Source of the DNA: Microthyrium microscopicum
Taxonomy: Eukaryota
Direction of reading: 5' to 3'
Assembly (NCBI GenBank): GCA_010405405.1
Contig: MU004234.1
Span: forward strand, 416,993 to 480,992
DNA length: 64,000 nt
Every line of letters starts with the position of its first letter. Within the stretch, counting starts at the first letter, position 1. Both the position numbers and the translations under genes were made by a program. This document shows positions 13,403-26,815 of this stretch, piece after piece. The notes under the pieces were generated by a model. That model worked only from the letters and a program-made list of their open reading frames with translations, had not been told where the DNA came from and did no database searches.

Positions 13403-15787
13403 TTACCCATACGCCCGCGTATACGGCGCCGTAGCTTCAGCTTCATCTGTTTGATTTCCGTACCAAGGATACCCGTTGATTACGTGTTTGCGACTGTCTG
13501 TCGAAGAAGAAAAGGGCCCAAGTATCGCACTGAGGCGAGATTTAGATTTATGCTCTTCCACCTTTTCAGCAAAGGCCATCTTCAGAACTTGAACTTTCAC
13601 TCTATCCGTTTCCTTAAGAAAGGTTCTGATTTCCATAGCGCTTTCAAATGTCAGATAACGCGCAGCATTTTCACAGACCTCCTGAAATTCTAAAAAACTG
13701 CAACGAAATCTCCTCACGGCATCTCCAGAGCTAAACCTGCCAGGTCGGCTCTGCCAGAAGTATGGCCATTCTCCCCAATCGCGGACCTTTGATGTATCAA
13801 ACAAGACACCTCGCTCAGCAAGAACCTGAAGCACGGCGATAACATCGTCTGAACCTCCTATAGTCATGACAGTTCCATAAAATAACTTGAGAACCTGATA
13901 AATCAATGAATCTGTATCGAGTACAGATGCACCGGCCTCAAGAAAACGTCTCATTGCCAGTAGATCTTGTTGTCTGTTTGCTAAGGTCACACCATATGCC
14001 AACCACGAATTAAAATTCTTGAAAGAAAGGTAGTACCAAATGGCCATATGGATCCATGATTCGGGGGGAACGCACTTAAGCGGCGGTTCATACGCATAAT
14101 GCAGATCAGGTATTGGATATCCATTCCCTGGCTTTGACTTCGCACGACAGATTTCTAGACAGCTCTGATTGGCATGGCGCAAGGGGCCATCGACCCGATT
14201 CAGACGCACTTCCCAAGGCTGACGATAGATCGCGTCCAGAAGAGATGTGGGCGCCGCTCCTTTTCTGATCAGGTATTTGGTAACGGTACTAGTACAGAAG
14301 CCTACTGCCATATCGACTGCTGTATCAAGTTGGTGTCCGAAATTATCGTGCTCACCAACTATCAGTTCCACAATCCTAAGCTGCTGTGCTTCTTTACCTT
14401 TCGTGGGGGAGGAGCAAACGACTTCGAGAAGGTTTCGTCCGTTTGAAACAGTGTTTGCGTTACTAAGGAGTAAAAGCTGGACTGCTTCGTATTCGAGAGC
14501 CTCGGCACTTAGGAACAAAGGGGTGATATACCTGCTCTTTTCTTTCTCATAAGCAGCGATATCAGGGCTCGCTCCGTACGTCAAAGCCAATCGTAAGCAA
14601 GGTACGTTACAGCAATACGCAGCTCTCCATGCAAGCCCGTGATTGCTGTCAAAACATCCATGCGGAACAGCAAAGTCGGGGTTCGGATCTGCTCCTTCGA
14701 TGAGCCCTTTCTGCAAGGCGATAGATCCTTGAGTTGCTGGTGGTTCGAAAGAGTGTGACCAGATACTCTGGTCAAGTTGAAGACGCTGTTGATCATTGAG
14801 AAGCGATCGTTTGCCCCGTGCTTTCGCTATTGCAGTAGCTTTGGGAAATGTGTCAGAGTTATCGACACTAGGTTCGATGTGTCCAGGCTGGGAGGTATGT
14901 AGGAACTCCTCTGCACTGTGGGATATTGAAGGGGGCCGGTTTTCAGGACCAAACCGATCTGTAGCGGCGTGGATATGGACCTCCTCTATTGGATGAAGGC
15001 TTCTTGTTGAGAAGGTTCCTCCCAATCCCAGATCATCGCCAATAACCGTTTCAGCGTAGTCTGAAATATCATCCATGTATCTTTGGAGGACAAAAGCGCT
15101 TGATAGAAAACTTACTTCTGCAGTGCTTGGATTCGGGGCTGCGGCGTCCTCCAAAGAAGACTCAAGGCGTTCTCGGAGCCTTGCAAGGTCATGAGCTATC
15201 TGAGTAACATCTTCCTGTATAGATGGAAGTGCTTCATTTCGCATCATGCTTGTGTCATCTTTGATATCTCGCCTGTATAGATAAGTAAGTATTTCAGATC
15301 ATTTGACACCATTGAAGATAGCATCTGCTCTGTCCCTGCCCCAAGGTCCAAGTGTAGATTTCGCACTGACTTACAGTGCAAGTACTTCAATGACAATGTC
15401 CAAGGTGGATTTATGCACCTCCAAACTGTTGCGTAGCCTTGCCACCTCATCTCGACCACTGATAACCCAATGAATCTTGGACGACAGCCTCTTCTCCCTC
15501 TGCTTAACGAGACAGGCTGTAAGCTGATCTACGACGTCGTTCAGCCTTGCAAGGTTTCCAGCTATCTGCTCACTCAGCGTTGGGGGAATACTGAGAGCGT
15601 TCGGATTGGCATTCTCTGGGCTCAGGAATCCAAGCGCGATGTTCAAGGACTGTAGCTCCCGCGAGACCAGGTCCAGATCTTTACGCGAATCCCGAACTAA
15701 TGAAACAAAAGAGCTGATGCTCTTGATCAGAGTAGTGATACCGACAGACAGGCTGACAGATGCTACGGCGATGGAGAGGGGGTCCAT
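13403..15787 (-). CDS. HeLo-like N-terminal domain plus degenerate ankyrin-repeat protein, 2 exons
   Basis: MDPLSIAVASVSL...DSRKDLDLVSRELQSL is a typical Helo_like_N start. Intron 15273-15374 is in phase. FVLQRYMDDISDYAETV follows, then ankyrin-like segments (LALTYGASPD, TPLFLSA...AVQLLLLSNAN, YLIRKGA, FLEAGAS). Confidence 0.8.
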
Positions 15788-16279
15788 GTTCCTTCTCCGA
15801 AACCACCCAGTGGATGTAGTTTCTTACTTGAGTTGGTAATACGAGGCAATGCGTGGTTGCTCAGTGCTGATATGTGAAGGGGTATTGGCACAATCGAAAG
15901 GAGGGGAATCTGGCATTCTTGAAAAGAGCTTCGGTGAGGCTGCTGAGTCTGCCTTGCTGCAGAAGCGTCCAAACAAGCCAATAGAAAGGTATAGGCTCTG
16001 CTCATACGACTCTAGACTCGGAAAGCCTACGATCGTCGATAAAGCATGTATTTTCGGTCGAACACACCAACCACAAAGCAGTGTAGCTAGACTCTACAAT
16101 CACTAAGCTGTGAAGTATCTTATGAATAATTGCATAACAACTCATTCATCAATGGCTGTCTTGAATGTCAACAACTTTTCGAACCGAACTTTGAAAGTTT
16201 TCGTAAAGTCTATTGTCGTTGTCGTCAACCGGGGACAAAACATATGGCGTGCTCCTTTCGAGTATAGGGTTTTCTATAA

Positions 16280-16396
16280 GGCCAATGTTAATCCGCCACC
16301 CTAAAAACACTATCCCGCCACCCCAAAATCACTATCCCGCCTTTATAGTAATCCAGATTAGCTGCTAGTCCTAAATAGGAAATAAATATATTTTTT
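16280..16396 (+). repeat. Left terminal inverted repeat of the MULE
   Basis: Reverse complement of 26385-26479, with one extra 22-bp internal unit. Confidence 0.92.
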
Positions 16397-17705
16397 AGAA
16401 GTAATAAGTACTAGCGTGTAGTTATGCCATTAGCGCTATTAGCGCTACTAGCACTTAAGTAGTATAGATCTTAAAATATAACTTTTATTACTATCTACTA
16501 CCCGTAGTAATTACTCTATCTTAAAGCCATTTTAATTAAAATTAATACTATTTAAAGTACAAATAGCTTATCCTCTATTACTACGACTCTATAAAGCTAA
16601 TATAATTATTCCTCTACTACTATAGCCTTTACGAGTTAAAAATATTATAATTTCTCTATAAGATCTACGTCCTCTACCTTGTTCGCGTCCTCTATACGCT
16701 TTATATATAAATGCTATCTTAGTTTAAAGTGCCTATAATTCTATTGCTAGATTATTACATTCTTTCTATTTATATATAAATAGTATATAAAAGAGAGTTA
16801 GGGATTAACCTACTAAAAGAGCTTTATATAAAAGAATAGCATCCTATTTTTAACGTTTTTAAGGTAGTAAGGAGTTAGTAAGATTGACAACTTTATAGGC
16901 TTATATAACTATAGTTTTAGTAACTTCTTATAAAATATTCTTATAATCTATAGCTTTAGCGGCAATTTAACTATTAATAGTACTAATAAAGGGCTATAAC
17001 TTAATCTCTTAGTAGCTTTATATTCTATTAGTTAAAGATAAAGTCTATCCTACGTATAAACGATCTAAAGCGCATATAATATCTAGAGGTAGGATAGAAG
17101 GAACTAGTTTTAGTAGAGGAGATATAAATTGTAGGCTTAAAGGTAATTAAGAAGTATTACTAAATTTAGATTAATCGTAATACTAATATAGATTAATATC
17201 CGTAGAATCTATCTACTAATAGTTATTAAATATAAGATGTTCTTATATTATATAAAAGTAAATAATACTATTTATCTTAATAAACGTCTTAATATAGTAG
17301 CAAAAGTATTCTAGTATAATATTCTTATCTTTATATTTGTAATATTACTCTTTAATTATAATATAAGCTACATTTAAGATAAGAAATTATAAATCTTAAA
17401 AAAGAATAGGAATTACGTATATACTAGTATTATAAAAGATTTAAATAGAGTCTAATCCTAAAATACCTTTTAATCTAGTATACTAAGTATTAACTATAAG
17501 TTTAATATTCTTTATAATCGTATAGAGGTCTATTTTAGAAGATTTTAGTTAAGATTTTAGGCCTAAATAGAGTCCTTCTAATAATAAAGTTATAAAAGTA
17601 CTAAAATGCTTAAATTCTATTATAAAAGCTTTAGCAAATTGCTCTTTAAATAGCATCTAAGTATTATTTAAGTAAGAAACTAGTATAGGATAAGAAGTAA
17701 AGTAT

Positions 17706-17909
17706 TATTACGGATCCTCTCCGTTAAGATCTCTTTATAAGATCTCTAGCATCCCCGTTACGTAATGCTAAGGGCTTAGCGCCTAAGGTTTAGCTAGCAT
17801 AGAGCTTATTTCCTGCCGGCTCTAATCCCTCTTTTAGATTCTTTATCTTAGTTTTCTTAAATTATATCTATATTTAGATCGCACCTTTTGTATCTATAGC
17901 TTCCTAATA
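17706..17909 (+). repeat. 5' LTR
   Basis: Direct repeat of 24848-25051. Termini TA...TA are the RIP-mutated form of TG...CA. Confidence 0.93.
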
Positions 17910-20900
17910 TAAAACTAAGACCGCTTTAATATTTAAAACCTATTTTCAAAACGCGCTTACTAATATTATAAGATTTAATAGTTTACGCGTCTAAATTTTA
18001 TTATTTTATATAAAATTAAGTCTCTAAATTTGTGAGAATAATAACCCTACTAGTATAGAGATTTATATATAAAGACTAAATAGCTTCATAAGTATAAATT
18101 AATTAGTAATTAAAGGGAAAATCTTAGCGTCTTCTACTCTATATTTATTAGACTTATAGTAATAACTTCGCCTTATATTTATATCTCCTCCTACATACCT
18201 AAATTAATAGTAATAAACCTAAATTAAGAATTACTCTTAATTAAAGTACCTAAACTCTATCCTAAATTAGCTACTCTAACGAAGCAAATTATTTAGAAGA
18301 TATTAGCTAATCCTTACGTATTAGCATTACCTACTTAATACTATTCAATATTACCTTTTTAGACTATATCTAATAAACTTTTTGTTAGTTATTAATTAGA
18401 AATACGCGTATAATTTAAGATTTAATAACTTTAAGAGACTACTTAGTCTATAATGCAATAGTTAACTCTAAAATTTTTTAATAGTAACGACGATATAGCT
18501 AAATTACCTTATAGCTATAGTTAGCATTATCCTTTTATTCGCTCTCGCTATTCTTCTTTAGCCCGAGCCCTAATTCTATTAAATGTTATTAAATAACTTA
18601 AAGGTAGCGCTTAAAACCTATTTAAGAAGGATAAAGGTAAGAAAGTAGTACGTTACGACGTATAACTATATTTACTAAATTAAAATTAAATTAATTAGAT
18701 TGCTTTTAAAAGCTAATACCTATAATACTTCGCAATATATATTAATATTACTCTAAAAGATTAAACCTATATTATCTTTACGTACCTTATATAAGATTAA
18801 GTAATATTCTAAGTATAAGAGTTTCTAAACCTAAAAGGAAAGATTAGACCTGTATTTATTAATCTTATTATACTCTGCTATATTTAAGACGAAGTAGAAT
18901 TAGAGGTTATTAAAGATAAAATAGGCTTTACTTATAGCGTTAGCTTTTATACTAATATTTAGTTTAAGTAGCTCTATAACTATATTAAATCTACCTAAGT
19001 AGCAAGCATCGCTTTTAAAGCTATATATATTAACTTAGTAAACCTATTAAAAGAATACTAGTATAATAAAGACAATATTTTAGACCTTTCTATTATATAT
19101 AATAATGCTATAGTATAAAATTCCCTTTTATAATAACGTATTTATACCTTAGAAAGCGAAGCTGCTTAAGCTATAAGCAAAGCTTATTAATTAATTAAGT
19201 AATAGCTTTACCTTAAAGAATAAAATATAATCTACCGTCGCGAGGTAATTAGAGCTATAGATATTATTAAGCGTCTACGTAACTCTTATATTAAAAAGTA
19301 TAATTAAATCGCACTTTTAAAAGAAAAAGTCTAAGACCTTAAAGATTAATTAAGTAACTTAGCTTATAAGACTAAAGAACTAGTATACTAGATAAACTCT
19401 AATAAGGAAGTAGACGTAATATTACCTTTTTAGAGTTACCTATACCTAAATCTCTATCTTAATATTAAGAACGCTATACCTACTTTAAAAGTATTAGTAA
19501 GCTTTAAAACTAATTTTACGTAAGAATAGTAAGATCTTAATATTTACAATAGTAAGAAATAAGATTTATACTCTTAGTAGAAGCTTAAAATTAAAAACTA
19601 CCTTTATTATAAAGTATATACTTTTTTTAATAAGCTATCTTAAACTATTTAGGTTTATAGTAAATATAAAGACCTTACTCTTAGCTTTATTATTAATTAC
19701 GCTTAATATAATATACCTAATTTATACGTTTTTATAGTAGAGTTTTAGAACGATCTTAACTACTATTTTGAAGGTACTAATAAGTATAAAGCAGCTCTTC
19801 TTTAGTTATAGAATTTATCTAATAAGATAAAGAAGACTAATAACTTAAGCTCTTATCTAGTTAAGTTTACTAATAAAACTAATAAGGCCTACTTATCTAA
19901 TATTAATAAACTAACTTATATACATAATATAATTATTAAAGAGCTAATAAGCTATCTCTATGCTAGTAAAGTAACTATAAGCATAGAATTTATAATAAAA
20001 TTATAATAAGTTAACTACCTTTTAAATTATAAGAAGTCTAACGATAAAAATAAGGATAAGAATAAGGATAAGGATAAGAATACTTAAAAGATAATTCTAC
20101 GCTATAGTAATACCTTATTCTTACACCTTAAGAAAGAAAAACACTACCTATAATATAGTAATAAAAGCTATAATCTATAATCTAAAATTATACCCTACTA
20201 AGGTAAAGACGCTATATTTAATAATAATATCTAAACTAAATTAGCTTTAATTTATACTTCTTAGTTATATTATGCTTTAAGCATAGAAGATAATAACAAT
20301 ATACCCCTAATTTATAATTAACATTAGAGAAACGCGTAGCTCCTTTATACTAACGCACAGATAAGCTAAACTTTAATAAGGTATAAAATAAATAAAAGAA
20401 ACACTAGATAGAAGCTATTTAGGCTTATTTAAGCAAATCTAAATTTAAAAAAGAACCTTATTATAGTATAGTAGTAGTTTACGTATCTACTACCTATTTA
20501 TTAATTAATTAATTACTAAAAATTAATACTATCCTAAAAGTAAGATAATAGTAGAGTATTATAGAAAGTATCTTTCTTTTAGATAGCTTTTATATTAAAG
20601 CAAAAATTCTTATTAATATAAGTAACAGCGTATTTAGTATTATTAATTTTTATTACTTCTAACTTTATAGCCTTAAATTTATTAAAATGTTAAGATTCTA
20701 TTAAGCTAAAATAGCTAATAATTACGCTATTACTACTATAACTTATATAGTATTTATTACCTTACGTATTAGTATTTATTTTAAATAAGCCTTATGCTTC
20801 ATTATAAAAATCGCTAACTATAATATTATTTTTAGAGACCCTTAGGTTAACAAGTATAAAGTTATACTTTAAGGAGGCTAGCGAACGTTAGGCTTCTACT

Positions 20901-23900
20901 TTAAGTACTATCTCTAAAGCTATATAACTTTACACTGCTTTATTATAGTTAATTATAAAGGCTAAGTAGTTATAAAAAAGAAGGATAAGAATACTTCTAA
21001 TATTTATATTATTTCTTTCCACGTATTTATAACTCTAATATAGCGAGAGAAAAACTAATTCTCTATATTATATAAAAAAGATTTTAACGCATTAGAAGAA
21101 GAAGAAGATCTAAATCCTATTCTTTAGTATAATATTACTAGTATTATAGCAATCTTAATAAAAGACTATACTAAATAATAAGAAAAGCTTAAATAAGATC
21201 CGCTAATATAAGAAGAATTACTTAGCCTAATTCCTAAAGAATTTTACTAATATATCTATCTCTTTAACCTAGTACGAGCTAATAAATTACTACCCTATTA
21301 CCTTAAATTTAATTATTCTATCCTAATAAATTTATAAACTAAAGTACTTATATAGAAGTCTTATAGAATATTACGCTAATAAGCTTAAATTATTAAAAAG
21401 TATATCGAAAATATACTTAAAAAAAGTTTTATTTATAAAAATACTTCTTAATACGCTTTACTAGTTTTTTATATTAATAAATTAGGTAAAGATATCTAGG
21501 TCTATATAGATTACTATAGATTAAACGAAATTACTTTAAAGAATTAGAATATTCTACTACTTCTTATTAAAACCTTTATAAAGATTTATAAAGCTAGATT
21601 CTTCTCTAAATTTAATATTATTACTACCTTTAATAATATTCGTATTCGTAAAGGTAATAAGTATAAAACTGCCTTTTTTACCTGCTATAGCCTATTTAAG
21701 TTCCTTATTATACTATTTAGCATAACTAGCTCTCCTAGAATATTCTAAGCTTTTATTAATAGCGCCATTTAAGAATACCTTAACGATTTTGTTACTATAT
21801 ACTTAGATTACGTCCTTATTTAGAGCGAAATTAAAGAAGAGTATATCACTTACATCTATCTAATCCTTAATAAGCTTAAGAAAGCTAGCCTCTACCTTAA
21901 CATTACTAAGTTAAAATTTATAACTAAGAGCATTAAATACCTTAGTATTATTATTATACCTAATAGAATCCTTATAAACAAAAAGAAAGTAGAAGTAGTA
22001 CTAAAATAGTAACGCCCCTTATTACTTAAAAATATCTAGATATTCTTAAGCTTTACAAACTTTTACTACTAATTTATTAAAAAATACTCAAAAATCGTAG
22101 TATTAATAATAGTACTTACTAAAAAGAACGTATTTTAATAATATTCCTAGAATCTAGACGGCCCTAAAGAGGCCACTTTTAAAGCCTTAAAGAAAGCTTT
22201 TACTATAGTATTAATTTTATAATATTTCAATCCTAATAAAGAGACTTGGCTTAAAACCAACGCCTCTAATTAGGTTATTGTAGTAGTTCTTTTATAAAAG
22301 AATAACGATAAAGAACTTTACCTAATCGCCTTTTTATCTAAAAAGATAATATTAGTAGAGTATAACTATAACATTTACAATAAAGAACTACTTATAATTA
22401 TCTACGTATTTAAAGAATAGAAACTAGAGCTATTCTCTATTAACGATTCTATTAAAGTCTATATAGACTATTTTAACTTAAGATCGTTTATATTTATAAA
22501 AAAGCTCTCCTACTATTAAGCGCATTAGGCAAAGTTTCTATTATAATTCTAATTTAAAATTAAATATTGCAATAGACTATTAAACGTTAAAGCTAATATC
22601 CTTACCCAACGGTCTTAGAACTTATTATAATTTAATAACAACCTACGAGTCGTATAATAAATACGTTTTATATTATTTTTTTACCACTTCGCTAATACTT
22701 ATAATATACGCTATATATCTAATATAATTACTTATAACACGCGCTAAGCTATTAAGATAGTAATTATACTAGTTTAAAATAAACGCCCTTTAATAATTAA
22801 GTTAGCTATAATTATTATTAATAAAGTTGATATATTTACTATAAAAAGGGAGTTAATTAGTAATCCGACTATAGAGAGTTATTCTAAAAATACTTTGACT
22901 TTAAGGAAATTAACTAGTTATTCTAAGGTAGAGAATATGCCCGCCGACCTAGAAACGTTATAAAAAAATATTATTAAAGTAAGTAAAAAGGATAAGCTTA
23001 TTTAAACTATTTGCAACTATAAAGTAGCGTAGTATTACTACTTACCTTATAATATATTAAAATATAAATCTATTAAGCTTAGAAACTATTAAGTCTTTAT
23101 AAATAAAACTATTTAATATTACTAGCGCCTATTAGTTTCTTATAGAAAACTTCGCTATTATATAATATAATACATATACAATTATAAGATTATAGAATAT
23201 AAAGGTACTACTACGACTTATTAATGTCTATCTTAATTCTACTACTAGCCTTATATAATAGAAGATATTAAGTAATATATAAAATAATGCCGCTATGCTT
23301 TTTTTAAGCTAGTAATATAAAAGAAATAAGGCCTACTACGGTTATTCCTTTTATTAAATTGCGCGTAAGCTAATATCTTAATCGACTTTGCTATCGCGTT
23401 ACTACCGTACGTTTACTTAGAAGTTATTTATCGCTATACTATAATAGTAGTTAATAGACTTACTTATATTTATTACTTTATATTCTTAATTAACCTTAGT
23501 ATTTAGATAATAGTATTAGCATTCCTTAACTAGATCTAGAAGTATACTAACTAGCTAGACTCTATCTTATCCAATTATAAATCCTAATTTACTTTAGCCT
23601 TTTAGCGCCGCTTATATAAGCAAGTAGGAGTAATAATCTATCTTATTACTGCTTAGTATTTATAATCTAACAATATTATTAAGATCGTAGTATAAACCTT
23701 AAAAACTTACTTATAATACTTCGTTAATTACTAATAAAATAATTAGGTAGGACTTCTACTATTTATTAAGTTTAAAGCTAACTACGCTATCTACGCTATA
23801 ATTAAAATAAGCCTATTTAAAGCGCTTAACGGCTCACTACTACACTTTAGCTTAGAACTAGTTATATTAGCTAAAGCATTTATAGGCTTTAAGCTAATAT

Positions 23901-24847
23901 AAAGTAAATAACACTCTATAAACATATTCTTTAAAGATAGATAAGACTTATATAATTACCTTTACGAGCAAATTTTATAGTCTTAAGTACTAATAAATAA
24001 GTAAGTTAACTAATATTACTATCTAGTACCTAACCTTAAATTAGGTAACTAAGTATATTTAGATATACATTACTATAAAACCCTTTACTCCTCTAAATTA
24101 CTTAATAATAAATCTACTAGTCTATTTAAAATCTTAAAGAAGATTAATATACTTACTTATAAGCTTAATCTTTCTAAGAAGATAAAAATATACCCCGTCT
24201 TCTATACCTAGCTTTTACACCCTATTCTTAAAGGCGCCGCCATGCTATAAGAATCTAATAACCCTTTAGCTATTATTAATTTAAAAGGAAATAACGATGA
24301 GTAGAAATAGTTAGTTAATTACGTTATTAATAGTTATTAGTATAACTAACAAGGAAAAGGTAAAAAAAAGATACTCTAATATAAAGTTAAATTTACTAAA
24401 TAGGATAATTAGAATCGCAACCTAGATTAGTAATTATAAATAGATCTTAAATTATATCCTAAGCTCGTCACAAAGTTTTACGACTATAATCTTATAAAAC
24501 TAGGCCTTTATAAGTTATTTATTAACCCTTAGAAAAAGAAGAATAAAGAATATAATTCTAATAATATTCCCTTCAATTAATAAGGTTATTATTATTACTA
24601 TAGTAATGTTTTAATACTTCTATAAATTAGAGTATTCTAAGAATATTTTATAGTTCGTTAATACTACTTAATAGTTACTTTAGTAAGTTAGAGGGTAGTA
24701 AGAAATAGATACTTATAGTATTATATATAGAAGGATGTTAAACTCTTTACTTTTATTATTATAGTTATAATATATTTTATATCTATTATAGCGTTATCCT
24801 ATATAGTTAGATTAGCTTAGGAGTATTAATATTAGAGAGGAAAGTAT

Positions 24848-25051
24848 TATTACGGATCCTCTCTATTAAAATCTCTTTATAAGATCTTTAGTATCCCTAT
24901 TACGTAATACTAAGGGCTTAGCGCCTAAGGTTTAGTTAGCATAGAGCTTATCTCCTACTGGCCCTAATCCCTCTTCTAGATTCTCTGTCTTAGTTTTCTT
25001 GAATTATATCTATATCTAGATCGTACCTCTTGTATCCGTAGCTTCCTAACA
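24848..25051 (+). repeat. 3' LTR
   Basis: Direct repeat of 17706-17909. It ends in CA and is followed by the TSD AGTAT. Confidence 0.93.
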
Positions 25052-26384
25052 AGTATTTAGTATTAAAATTAAGTTAGGTAGCATTATACTCTTCCTTAGT
25101 TAAAGAGTAAACTACTTAATAATTTATTAATAAACTACCTTTAATAGAGAGCTAAAGAACTAACCTTTTACTAAATATCCTATATAGAATTCTTCTTTAC
25201 TAGTACTTTAAAATAACTAGGACTACCCTTTATATATTCCTTAGTTTTAAAGGCTAGTTTGAATTAGTAATAGATAGTTTTATTAAGGTAAAATAGGCAA
25301 ATAAGTTAAAGCGCTAGTAGGACCTAATTTAACGTATTCTTAAGGGCTTAATAATAATTAGTAAGCACAATATTTAGTAATTTAATACTACTATAACGCG
25401 CAGAATAATTAAACGCTTTAAGGGTTTAGATATAATTCTCTTCTAATTCACTCGTTATAAAATAAAACTCTAAAGAGAAGTATTTATTTACTAAATTAAT
25501 ACTAGTAAAGTAAAGAAGTAGCATTTTATATTTATTAGTACTATAGGTAGTATTTAATAATAAGATATTTAGATAAGCCTAATAGAGCTTTAATTATAAA
25601 AGTATAGCAAAGAAGATATATTATAAATAAAGCTCTAGAAATATAAGATATTTATAAACGAGTTTTTTATTAGCTTTAAGGTCTTAAATTAATACCTCTA
25701 TAAGTATTTTACTACCTAAATATTTAATTTAAGTACGTATCCACTAATTATAGATATTCTATAGAATTATTATAATAGCCTTATTTTTAATAAGCGTAGA
25801 ATATATCTACTTTAATTTTTAGCCCTATTCTATATAATTATTAATCTTTCTACTACTATTAATATATTTTAATACGTCTTAATAGTATTAAAGGTATCCT
25901 ATAGGATCTTAAGATAGAGGATAGTTATAATAATTAAGTTTAACTTTAATATTCTATATTTAGCTATTATTAATATCTACACACTGTTTAATAACGTATT
26001 AAAATAGGTATTCTACTTCTTTAGTAATAGGTTTTTATATTCTAAGAGAGATAAAGGGGCAGGTTAGGTATTAATCGTATTTAAGATAGTAGACGTAAAA
26101 GGAATTAGTATCTTTTTAAGTTTTAGATTACTTTTTAACTATAGCGTAATTATAAATTTTATTATAATTTTATATTACTTTGCAAGCTACTTTATAAGAG
26201 GAATAATCCTTACCGTCCGCGTATTATTTAATTACTATTTAGTAGAGTTATAGTTAAAGGAAGTGTTAGTAGATTTTAGTAAAGTAGTAGTAGAATTTTA
26301 CTAAAGGTAAGAAATAAAGTTAAGATTTTAGTAATATTAAGATAAGTAAGTATGCTTAGCGGCGCTAATCTTAATAAGTAGTAA

Positions 26385-26479
26385 AAAAAATATATTTATT
26401 TCCTATTTAGGACTAGCAGCTGATCTAGATTACTATAAAGGCGGGATAGTGTTTTTGGGGTGGCGGATTAACATTGGCC
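26385..26479 (-). repeat. Right terminal inverted repeat of the MULE
   Basis: ...GGCGGATTAACATTGGCC followed by the TSD TTTCTATAA. Confidence 0.92.
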
Positions 26480-26815
26480 TTTCTATAACACTCTCTGAAC
26501 AAGAAACTGGCCCTAGTAGTTGGTCTCTGTGTGGAATTTGCCCCGTGATGGAAGAGGATGGATATATTGTGAGAGATTGCTTACCTTGTGTCATTGGGAA
26601 GCGAGCTGATCAGGTGCTGTTTGTCATTTCGTGAAGAGTACATTGGCATGGTGATTTCCTTGGGTCGTTATTCACACCCATTATGGTGCATATAAAAAGC
26701 GGCCTTTCAAGGAATCTATTCATTTCTTTAGTCCCTAGACCTTGCATCAATCAACCAGTAACTCTGCAGCCAGCGCACAATATCTGCATTCTACAAACGA
26801 GTCTCTCAATTCAAC

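Larger units (their letters stand above)
17706..25051 (+). mobile_element. Full-length Ty3/Gypsy LTR retrotransposon (probably a chromovirus), RIP-inactivated
   Basis: Two 204-bp LTRs and a 5-bp TSD AGTAT (17701-17705, 25052-25056), with a purine tract before the 3' LTR. Degenerate motifs occur in Gypsy order: RT (VYIDYYRLN about 21500; FVTIYLDYVLI about 21790-21820), RNase H (KTNASN; YNYNIYNKELL about 22250-22390), integrase (about 23150-24220) and a chromodomain-like remnant (about 24300-24500). Confidence 0.93.
16280..26479 (-). mobile_element. Mutator/MULE DNA transposon, RIP-inactivated and split by a nested Gypsy element
   Basis: TIRs of about 95-117 bp (GGCCAATGTTAATCCGCC...) and a 9-bp TSD TTTCTATAA at 16271-16279 and 26480-26488. 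The minus strand reads ILLL[N]TTYSTNKYKM[L]LL (about 25515-25570) and IVLT[N]...ALKNTLN*VLLAL*LICLF[Y]LNKN (about 25277-25371). These are RIP versions of the MULE DxTYxTN and TD...CxxH motifs. Confidence 0.92.

Noticed and set aside
24841..24847. AAAGTAT also precedes the 3' LTR, suggesting longer LTRs
   Set aside because: It is better explained as the RIPed end of the polypurine tract. TG...CA-type termini and the AGTAT TSD after 25051 fix the boundaries.
16280..26479. AT-rich block as a centromere, organellar insert or horizontally acquired DNA
   Set aside because: Fully explained by two RIP-mutated transposons with defined termini and TSDs.
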